The notes below the pieces were generated by a model. That model made no database searches and was not told where the DNA came from. It worked only from the letters and a program-made list of their open reading frames with translations. A stretch of DNA of 29,735 nt, taken from positions 1 through 29,735 of the forward strand of contig CAAGQX010000035.1 in the NCBI GenBank assembly GCA_900772235.1. The letters run 5' to 3'. The stretch comes from Clostridia bacterium. GTDB taxonomy: Bacteria; Bacillota; Clostridia; TANB77; CAG-508. Made by a program: the position numbers and the translations under genes. The first letter of the stretch is position 1. Every line of letters begins with the position of its first letter. Below, one piece after another: positions 22,236 to 29,735 of this stretch.

Positions 22236-22398
22236 GTAGGGGCGATTTTAATCGCCCGCAAATACAAAAACACATTATTAAATTTGTAGGGGCGGGTTCC
22301 AAAACCCAAAAATGTGAACCATTGATAAATATTATTGCATAATTGAACAAAAATAATTGTAATCGTATTCTATTCCGGGCGATTAAAATCGCCCCTAC
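22236..22398. mobile_element. MITE-like/compound palindromic element with 22-bp perfect inverted ends
   Basis: GTAGGGGCGATTTTAATCGCCC (22236-22257) ... GGGCGATTAAAATCGCCCCTAC (22377-22398). Confidence 0.65.
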
Positions 22399-22601
22399 AT
22401 TAATTATTCATTCTTTATTATTCAATATTCACTATTCATTTTTTATTATTACTTATTTTAATTATGTGCTATACTAGAAGAGGAATAAAAAATGTTTCTT
22501 AAATATATATAAATATTAAACAAATTTATATAAATTTCCTATTGATATAAATAAAAATTAATGATATATTAAGAATATCGAATAAGAGGGGAGAAACAAA
22601 A

Positions 22602-23198
22602 ATGAATTTGCCTAATAAACTAACAATTTTTAGAATTATACTTGTACCAATAATGGTAGTAGTTTCACTACTAAATATAGAAGGAACATTTTTAAACATA
22701 CCAATAACATACTGGATAATAAACTTGATTTTTATAATTGCTTCATATACAGATCACTTGGATGGAAAAATTGCCAGAAAAAATAACTTAGTAACTACTT
22801 TTGGAAAATTTGCAGACCCACTTGCGGATAAAATATTAGTTTTAGCGGCAATGCTTATACTGGTTGAATATGGAAAAATACCATCTTGGATTCCAATAAT
22901 AGTACTTGCAAGGGAATTTATGGTTTCAGGTTATAGATTGATTGCAGTAGAAAAAGGCGGAGAAGTAATAGCAGCAAATATTTGGGGAAAATTAAAAACT
23001 GTTACACAGATGATAGCAATTGTTTTAAGCTTTTTAGACGTAAATAATTTTGCTCAGTTTTTAACTATAAAATTAACAGGATATAATTTAATTATTAATA
23101 TTTTATCAACAGTATTTATGTTTGTATCTGTAATTGCAACAATATTTTCAGGTTGGACATATATGAAGAATGGAAAAAAATTATTTAAAGATTCATAA
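22602..23198 (+). CDS. pgsA: CDP-diacylglycerol--glycerol-3-phosphate 3-phosphatidyltransferase
   Basis: NLPNKLTIFRIILVPIMVVV, SYTDHLDGKIARKNNLVTTFGKFADPLADKIL. Confidence 0.95.
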   Translation: MNLPNKLTIFRIILVPIMVVVSLLNIEGTFLNIPITYWIINLIFIIASYTDHLDGKIARKNNLVTTFGKFADPLADKILVLAAMLILVEYGKIPSWIPIIVLAREFMVSGYRLIAVEKGGEVIAANIWGKLKTVTQMIAIVLSFLDVNNFAQFLTIKLTGYNLIINILSTVFMFVSVIATIFSGWTYMKNGKKLFKDS

Positions 23199-23312
23199 AA
23201 GTGAATAAAAAATAAAAAATGATAAAAAATAATAAAAAAGACTTGAAATTCTTTGCAAAATGTAGTATAAATATATATGAGTGTTTTAAACTATGTGAAA
23301 AGAGGTAAAATA

Positions 23313-23693
23313 ATGAAGAATAATGTTAAAAAAATAATAGTATGTTTAATAGCAATAACAATGGTAATATTAATAGCTACAAAAACCTTGGCTACAGACA
23401 ATAACGATAAAGTTAACCAAATGTTAGAAAATATGAGAAATTCAAATCAAGGTTCAACAATTAATGAAAACGATGAAAGTGAAGACATAAAAAATGGAAT
23501 TAGAAATAAAAATACAAATAATGATAACGCAAATAACAAAGATACTTTAAATATTAATGGAAATAATAATGAAAATAAACCAACAACTAATCCATATGCA
23601 GGAGCTGGAGATTATTCTACAATTATATTTATAGCAATATTTGCAGTATCTGCAGTATATGCATATAAAAAGATTAAAGATTATAATATGTAA
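23313..23693 (+). CDS. Secreted low-complexity protein with C-terminal sorting-signal-like end
   Basis: Signal-like N-terminus KKIIVCLIAITMVILIATKTLA, Asn/Asp-rich middle, then NPYAGAGDYSTIIFIAIFAVSAVYAYKKIKDYNM*. Confidence 0.7.
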   Translation: MKNNVKKIIVCLIAITMVILIATKTLATDNNDKVNQMLENMRNSNQGSTINENDESEDIKNGIRNKNTNNDNANNKDTLNINGNNNENKPTTNPYAGAGDYSTIIFIAIFAVSAVYAYKKIKDYNM

Positions 23694-23704
23694 TAATATT
23701 TTTT

Positions 23705-23734
23705 GAAAGCAATTTTTAATTGCTTTCTTTTTTT
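23705..23734 (+). terminator. Terminator of the secreted protein gene, overlapping the reconstructed sortase stop
   Basis: GAAAGCAATT-TTT-AATTGCTTTC-TTTTTTT. Confidence 0.85.
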
Positions 23735-24349
23735 ATGTTTTTGGCTCTTATAATAAGACGCTTGCCATTTGAATTATTACAAGTAAGAAGAGTAATTTCT
23801 CTCTTCCCGATTTTCATTTTGAGACAAGTAACTCATATCTGAAGAATCAATTTCATAAATATTATAGATAGAGTAAATAAATTTATTATTATATATATCA
23901 TAGATGTTTATCGTGTCTTGCACCTTTAGTAAAAAAAGTTTACTAAAAAAAACATCATTATCATAATTATGTCCAGCAATACACAAGTTCCCATTCTCTC
24001 CAATATTTGGACCATAAAATTTGCATACAGATATTTTTAAAAGCTCATCTGAACATTGAGAAAAAATAGGGTATGAAATATCTAACTTTGGTATTTCAAT
24101 ATTTCCTATAATTGAAATAATATTATCTTCAGCTTTTATAGCCGTATTTGGAACAGAAGAATATAGACGGCTAAGTGAATAACTCTTACTGGTGGTTTCG
24201 GAAACCTTCTGAGAATTCTTTTTAGAAAATTTACTATAAAGAAGGCTTACAATAATACATAAAATAATACAAAAAAATATTAAAAACTGAATTAAATATA
24301 TTTTTTTATTAAATTTTTTAAACTTTTTATTTTCTAAAATTTGATTCAT
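23716..24349 (-). CDS. Sortase family protein, reading requires one +1 shift at the minus-strand CGG 23807-23809
   Basis: GNIEIPKLDISYPIF, LCIAGHNYDNDVFFSKLFLL, YLSQNEN-[C]-GKREITLLTCNNSNGKRLIIRAKNIKKESN*; start uncertain, the open frame extends to 24499. Confidence 0.88.
23807..23809 (-). other. Candidate recoding site 6 (minus strand): in-frame CGG, +1 shift to GGG
   Basis: aat gaa aat C|GGG AAG AGA GAA ATT ACT CTT CTT ACT TGT; restores the catalytic TLLTC cysteine and downstream Arg (KRLIIRAK). Confidence 0.88.
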
Positions 24350-24446
24350 AATAATATTTTTAGAAAAAAAGTAATAAATATTCCTAAAAGTATTGCAAAT
24401 GCTAGAAAAATCTTGTATAATAATTAAGCAAATAAAAAATAACATA

Positions 24447-24470
24447 AAGAGTGGGAAAAATCCCACTCTT
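24447..24470. other. Hairpin in the rimP leader / sortase-rimP divergent region
   Basis: AAGAGTGGGA-AAAA-TCCCACTCTT. Confidence 0.7.
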
Positions 24471-24492
24471 AACTTTTGAAAAGGAGAAAAAA

Positions 24493-24949
24493 TTGACAAA
24501 TATAGAAAGCAAAGTAGAAGAATTAATAACTAAACCTATAGAAAAATTAGGATATGAATTGTATGATGTTGAATATGTAAAAGAAGGAAAAGATTATTTT
24601 CTAAGAATATACATAGATAGTAACAACGGAATTTCTCTAGATGACTGCGAGAAAGTAAATAACGAAATAACAGATTTACTAGACACAGCAGATTACATAA
24701 AAGAGCAATACTTTTTAGAGGTGTCGTCAACACGGAGTGGAAAAAGTGCTAAAAAAAGATGAACATTTAAGAAAAAATATAGGAGAAGAAGTTCAAATAA
24801 AACTATTTAAACCAATAGAAAAAAGTAAACAATACACGGGAATACTAAAAAGCTTTGACAAAGATACAGTAACATTAGAAGTAGAAAAAAATGATATTAA
24901 TTTTGAAAGAAAAAATATTTCACAAATTAAAACAGTTTATAATTGGTAA
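24493..24949 (+). CDS. rimP: Ribosome maturation factor RimP, reading requires one +1 shift at CGG codon 24733-24735
   Basis: TTG start after AAGGAG; KPIEKLGYELYDVEYVKEGKDYFLRIYIDSNNGISLDDCEKVNNEI, YFLEVSST-[C]-GVEKVLKKDEHLRKNIGEEVQIKLFKPIEKSKQYTGILKSFDKDTVTLE; directly upstream of nusA. Confidence 0.92.
24733..24735 (+). other. Candidate recoding site 7: in-frame CGG, +1 shift to GGA
   Basis: tcg tca aca C|GGA GTG GAA AAA GTG CTA; restores the RimP SSxG(V/L)E(K/R) motif and the C-terminal domain. Confidence 0.87.
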
Positions 24950-24973
24950 TATTAAGAAAGGGTGGTATAAAAA

Positions 24974-26092
24974 ATGAAAACTATTGATAACAAAGAATTA
25001 GTTATGGCATTGGAAGAACTAGAAAAGGAAAGAGGAATTGATAAAAACTATTTATTACAATCTATAGAAGATGCACTAGTAATTGCATACAAGAAAAACT
25101 TCGATTCAGCAGAAAATGTAAAAGTAGTAATGGACAAAGCAACAGGAGAAATACATGTATATAGCCAAAAAGAAGTAGTAGAAACAGTAGAAGATGAATA
25201 TTTGCAAATAAGTTTAGAAATGGCAAAAAAATATGAAAAAACTGCACAAGTAGGGGACACAATAAACATAGAATTAGTACCTAAAGATTTTGGAAGAATA
25301 GCAGCACAAACAGCAAAACAAGTAATTATGCAAAAAATAAGAGAAGAAGAAAGAAGCAAAGTATATACAGAATATAATGACAGAAAAGGTGAGATCGTTT
25401 CAGGAATAATTCAAAAGGCTGACGGAGGAACTGTGGTTCTAGATTTAGGAAAGCTAGAAGGAATTATGCCACTTAAGGAACAAATCCCAACAGAAAAGTA
25501 TAGAGTAAATGATAAAATAAAAGCATATGTAGTAAGTGTAGAAAAAGGTTTAAAAGGTGTTCCACAAGTTTTAGTTTCAAGAAATCATCCGGACTTTGTA
25601 AGGAAATTATTTGAATTTGAAATACCTGAAATTTATGAAGGATTAATAGAAATAAAAAGTGTATCTAGAGATGCAGGAAACAGAAGCAAAGTAGCTGTAT
25701 ACTCTACAAATCCAGATATAGATCCAGTTGGTTCTTGTGTAGGACAAAAAGGAATAAGAATTCAAAATATAATAAACGAACTAAATGGAGAAAAAATAGA
25801 TGTAATTGAATGGAGCGAGGATCCAGCAACATTTATTTCAGCAGCACTTTTACCAGCTCAAGTAATGGCAGTAGATGTAAAAGAAGACGAAAAATTTGCA
25901 CAAGTAATTGTTCCAGATGATCAACTATCTTTAGCTATTGGAAAATCTGGGCAAAATGCAAGACTTGCAGCAAGACTTGTAAAATGGAAAATTGATATAA
26001 AAAGTGAATCACAATTTAGAGAATTGTTAGAATATAATGAAAACAGGGAAAATGAAGAAAACCAAGAAATAGAAGAAGGAAATGAAGAATAA
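24974..26092 (+). CDS. nusA: Transcription termination/antitermination protein NusA
   Basis: VELVPKDFGRIAAQTAKQVIMQKIREEER-like, GSCVGQKGIRIQNIINELNGEKIDVIEWSEDPATFI. Confidence 0.97.
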   Translation: MKTIDNKELVMALEELEKERGIDKNYLLQSIEDALVIAYKKNFDSAENVKVVMDKATGEIHVYSQKEVVETVEDEYLQISLEMAKKYEKTAQVGDTINIELVPKDFGRIAAQTAKQVIMQKIREEERSKVYTEYNDRKGEIVSGIIQKADGGTVVLDLGKLEGIMPLKEQIPTEKYRVNDKIKAYVVSVEKGLKGVPQVLVSRNHPDFVRKLFEFEIPEIYEGLIEIKSVSRDAGNRSKVAVYSTNPDIDPVGSCVGQKGIRIQNIINELNGEKIDVIEWSEDPATFISAALLPAQVMAVDVKEDEKFAQVIVPDDQLSLAIGKSGQNARLAARLVKWKIDIKSESQFRELLEYNENRENEENQEIEEGNEE

Positions 26093-26370
26093 TGAAAAAA
26101 ATTGTTCAAAGAACGTGTATAGGTTGTAATTCAAAAAAAGACAAAAAAGAACTAATTAGGTTAGTATTAAATAAAAATGGAGAATTTTTTGTTGATGAAA
26201 CAGGCAAAGCAGAAGGAAGAGGCATATATATCTGCAATGATGAATGTTTAGAAAAAGCAAAAAAAACCAAAAGATTGGAAAAAACATTTGGAATAAAAAT
26301 AAGCGATGAACTTTGTGATTATATAAGGGGTGTAATTATTGAAAGAAGAAGCAAAAAAGAAAACAACTAA
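26092..26370 (+). CDS. rnpM: RNase P modulator RnpM / YlxR family
   Basis: [25 protein letters not shown]...[20 protein letters not shown]; between nusA and infB. Confidence 0.88.
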   Translation: MKKIVQRTCIGCNSKKDKKELIRLVLNKNGEFFVDETGKAEGRGIYICNDECLEKAKKTKRLEKTFGIKISDELCDYIRGVIIERRSKKENN

Positions 26371-26396
26371 TAGTAAAAAATGTGGAGGTGATATTA

Positions 26397-29282
26397 ATGG
26401 GTAAAATGAAAATACACGAAATAGCAAAAAAATTGGGACTAAATAGTAAAGAAGTACTAGAAAAGGCAAAAGAAATGGGATTAGATGTAAAGAGCCATTT
26501 AAGCATATTGGAAGAAGCAGATGCAAAAAAACTTGAAGAAAGCTTTGAAAAAACTAAAAAAGATATCCCTGAAAAAACTAGTGGACCAGTAATAATAAGA
26601 AGACAGGTTATAATGGAAAACGAAGAAGAAAAAAAGGTGGATAAACCAAAAAATGAACAACCTGCTAAAAAAGGTGTAGGGTTTGTAGAAAATGAAAGAA
26701 AGAAAGATTACAATATCGTGTATAGAAACAGACCAACTAAGCCACTAACTGTTAGTGAATTGTTTGGCAAACCTAAAAAGGAAGAACCTAAAGCTGAACC
26801 TAAAATTGAGGCTAAAACTGAAAACACAGTAGTTGAAGTTAAAGAAGAAAAAAAGGCAGTAGAAGAGGTTGCACCCAAAAAAGAAGAAATTAAAGAAAAA
26901 GAAGTAAATAATAATAAACCAACTTATCAAAAAGATAATAATGGTTTTAATAATAGTGTCAATAGACCATATAACAGAGATAACAATAGACCGTTTAATA
27001 GAGATGGAAGAAATGGTAACAATTCTTTTAATAATCAAAATCGCCCATATAATAGAGATAATAGATTTAACAACGAAAATAGACCATATAACAGAGATAA
27101 TAATAGGCCATTTAATAAAGACGGAAGAAGCGGAAATAATAATTTTAATAATGGAAATAGACCATTTAATAGAAATGGACAAAGAAGACCTTTAGATGAA
27201 AGAGGCGTTGAAAAAAATATTAAAAATATAATGTCTGCAGATGTTGGAGAAAAAGAAAATGTTAGAGATTATGCCAACAAAGCAATAGACAAGCAAAAAA
27301 ACAATAATAAATATGATGAAAATAGAAATACAAGAAAAGCTTCAAAATCAAGAAAAGGAAATTATGAAGAATTTAGTAGTCATAAACTAAAAGACTTAAA
27401 ACAAGAAAACAGATTATCAAATATGTTTGCAGAAGGATCGATGTTAGATTATTACGATTTAACAACCACTAGAGGAAAGAGAAGCAAAAAGAAAATAGAT
27501 AATTCTGAAGAAAGAAATAAACAAAAAATATTCCAATTAACAGAAATAACAATACCAGAAAGTATTTCTGTAAAAGATTTAAGTACAGAATTAAAGAAAA
27601 CAAGTGGTGAAATTATAAAGAAATTATTAGGATATGGAATTTTAGCAACAATAAATAATGAAGTAGATTTTGATACAGCATTTTTAATTGCACAAGAATT
27701 CGGAGTAACAGCAATAAAGAAAGAAGTTGTTTCAGATGAAGATAAATTATTTGATGATAGCGAAGATAGAGAAGAAGATTTAAAACCAAGACCACCAGTT
27801 GTTGTAGTTATGGGACACGTTGACCACGGTAAAACTTCACTTTTAGATGCAGTAAGGCAAACTAATGTAATTGAAGGAGAAGCAGGGGGAATAACTCAGG
27901 CAATAGGTGCATATAAAGTTAAAATTAACGATAGAGAAATAACATTCTTGGATACACCAGGGCACGAAGCATTTACAGCTATGCGTGCAAGAGGTGCTCA
28001 AATTACTGATATAGCAATACTTGTAGTTGCTGCAAATGATGGTGTTATGCCTCAAACAGTAGAAGCTATTAACCACGCTAAAGCTGCTGATATACCAATT
28101 ATAGTTGCTATAAATAAAATTGATGTTGAAGGAGCAAACCCACAAAAAGTAAAACAAGAATTAATGGAATATGGATTAGTTCCAGAAGAATGGGGCGGAG
28201 ATACTATATTTGTAGAAATTTCTGCTAAAAAGAAAATAAACATTGATGGATTACTAGAAATGGTACTTTTAGTTGCAGATATGAAAGAACTAAAAGCAAA
28301 TCCAAATAAACAAGCAAAAGGTGTTGTTATAGAAGCTAAACTAGATAAAACAAAAGGAGCTGTAGCTACTGTACTTGTACAAAGAGGTACATTAGATGCA
28401 GGAGATACTATAATAGTAGGTTCAACAATAGGAAGAATTAGGACTATGACTGATGAAAACGGTAAAAAAATAAAGAAAGCCGGACCATCAACACCAGTAG
28501 AAATAACAGGATTTTCATCTGTTCCTGAAGCAGGAGAAACCTTCTATGAAGTTGAAGACGAAAAAACAGCAAAACATTTAATAGAAACAAGAAAACGCAA
28601 AGAAAGAGAAAAATCATTAAATGCAAATGCAAGAGTTACTTTAGATGATTTATTTGGACAAATAGAAAAAGGAAACTTAAAACAACTAAACTTAATAGTA
28701 AAAGCAGATGTTCAAGGTTCAGTAGAAGCTGTAAAATCTGCATTAGAAAAACTTTCTAATGACGAAGTAAAAGTTAAAGTAATACACGCAAATGTTGGAG
28801 CTGTTACAGAATCAGATGTAACACTTGCAGATGTTTCAAATGCAATTATTATAGCATTCAATGTAAGACCAGAACCATTAGCAAAAGATAAAGCAGAGAA
28901 ATCAGGAGTAGAAATAAAAACATATTCTGTAATATACAATGCAATAGAAGATGTAGAAGCAGCAATGAAAGGAATGTTAGACCCAGTATATAAAGAAGTG
29001 GTAATTGGAACAGCAGAAGTAAGACAAATATTTAAAATCTCTAATGTTGGAACAATTGCTGGATGCTATGTTACAAGTGGAAAAGTTGCAAGAAATGCAG
29101 GAGTAAGAGTAATAAGAGATAATGTAGTTATACATGAAGGAAAACTAGTTTCATTAAAAAGAATGAAAGATGATGCAAAAGAAGTAAACCACGGATTTGA
29201 ATGTGGTATCCAAATAGAAAACTTTAATGACTTACAAGAAATGGACGTTATTGAAGCATTTGTTATGGAACAAGTGAAATAA
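26397..29282 (+). CDS. infB: Translation initiation factor IF-2
   Basis: [51 protein letters not shown]; Asn/Arg-rich repeats in N-terminal region. Confidence 0.98.
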   Translation: MGKMKIHEIAKKLGLNSKEVLEKAKEMGLDVKSHLSILEEADAKKLEESFEKTKKDIPEKTSGPVIIRRQVIMENEEEKKVDKPKNEQPAKKGVGFVENERKKDYNIVYRNRPTKPLTVSELFGKPKKEEPKAEPKIEAKTENTVVEVKEEKKAVEEVAPKKEEIKEKEVNNNKPTYQKDNNGFNNSVNRPYNRDNNRPFNRDGRNGNNSFNNQNRPYNRDNRFNNENRPYNRDNNRPFNKDGRSGNNNFNNGNRPFNRNGQRRPLDERGVEKNIKNIMSADVGEKENVRDYANKAIDKQKNNNKYDENRNTRKASKSRKGNYEEFSSHKLKDLKQENRLSNMFAEGSMLDYYDLTTTRGKRSKKKIDNSEERNKQKIFQLTEITIPESISVKDLSTELKKTSGEIIKKLLGYGILATINNEVDFDTAFLIAQEFGVTAIKKEVVSDEDKLFDDSEDREEDLKPRPPVVVVMGHVDHGKTSLLDAVRQTNVIEGEAGGITQAIGAYKVKINDREITFLDTPGHEAFTAMRARGAQITDIAILVVAANDGVMPQTVEAINHAKAADIPIIVAINKIDVEGANPQKVKQELMEYGLVPEEWGGDTIFVEISAKKKINIDGLLEMVLLVADMKELKANPNKQAKGVVIEAKLDKTKGAVATVLVQRGTLDAGDTIIVGSTIGRIRTMTDENGKKIKKAGPSTPVEITGFSSVPEAGETFYEVEDEKTAKHLIETRKRKEREKSLNANARVTLDDLFGQIEKGNLKQLNLIVKADVQGSVEAVKSALEKLSNDEVKVKVIHANVGAVTESDVTLADVSNAIIIAFNVRPEPLAKDKAEKSGVEIKTYSVIYNAIEDVEAAMKGMLDPVYKEVVIGTAEVRQIFKISNVGTIAGCYVTSGKVARNAGVRVIRDNVVIHEGKLVSLKRMKDDAKEVNHGFECGIQIENFNDLQEMDVIEAFVMEQVK

Positions 29283-29351
29283 AAACATAATAACAAAATA
29301 TATTTGTAATAGGGTGCATAATTTGCACCCATTATAAAAAAGGAGACAAAA

Positions 29352-29735
29352 ATGCAAAAAAATAATAATGGTAGTAACCGTTTGGCTAGAGTCAACGAGG
29401 AATTAAAAAGGGAAATTAGTAATATAATAAATTATGAAGTGAAAAATTCTAATGTAACAGGAATTATTAGTGTTACAAAGGTAAAAGTTTCACCAGATTT
29501 AAGATATGCTAAAGTTTCTGTAAGTATATTAAATTCTAGAAATGTAAAGCAAACATTAGCTGGGCTGAAAGCTGCTTCAGGATTTATAAGAAGTAGAGTA
29601 GCTGAGAAAATTAACTTAAGAGTAACACCAGAATTAGTGTTTGAGCTAGACGACTCAATGGTATATGGGGAGAAAATTGATAATATTTTAAAGGATATTA
29701 TGAAAGATATAAAACCAGAAGATAATGAAGATTAA
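29352..29735 (+). CDS. rbfA: Ribosome-binding factor A
   Basis: NRLARVNEELKREISNIINYEVKN, ITGIISVTKVKVSPDLRYAKVSVSI-like. Confidence 0.95.
   Translation: MQKNNNGSNRLARVNEELKREISNIINYEVKNSNVTGIISVTKVKVSPDLRYAKVSVSILNSRNVKQTLAGLKAASGFIRSRVAEKINLRVTPELVFELDDSMVYGEKIDNILKDIMKDIKPEDNED

Overview
Low-GC Firmicutes/Clostridia-type housekeeping region. Gene order: groES-groEL, small ORF, mreB, mtaB, hypothetical, gap-pgk-hypothetical-tpiA-gpmI-eno, peptidase U32, YgjP-like metalloprotein, decayed coiled-coil gene, minD-minE, rodA/ftsW, dusB, mazF-type toxin, type II pantothenate kinase, pgsA, a candidate wall-anchored protein convergent with a sortase, rimP-nusA-rnpM(ylxR)-infB-rbfA. The most unusual signal is a codon-specific +1 frame disruption. 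Five otherwise intact, recognisable genes are broken seven times (mtaB x2, rodA x2, dusB x1, rimP x1, sortase x1 on the minus strand). Every break is at an in-frame CGG codon. Skipping only the C and reading the next triplet as GGN (Gly) restores the complete conserved protein each time, including the MtaB TLGCKVNQ motif, the RodA C-terminus, RimP SSTGVEK and the sortase catalytic TLLTC cysteine. By manual scan I found no in-frame CGG read as ordinary sense in any recognisable gene here, while CGA, CGT and CGC are used. The only other in-frame CGGs are two in a compositionally odd minus-strand orphan ORF (12230..12535). This suggests CGG is unassigned or quadruplet-decoded (CGGN -> Gly), comparable to the AGG/CCC frameshifts reported in Perkinsus mitochondrial cox1. 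Secondary observations: a compensated CIRCE variant plus a second perfect inverted repeat upstream of groES, a MITE-like element with 22-bp inverted ends, a 32-nt perfect palindrome, a Cys-rich GroEL tail, a MinE with a long charged tail, and a MazF-like toxin without an adjacent antitoxin.
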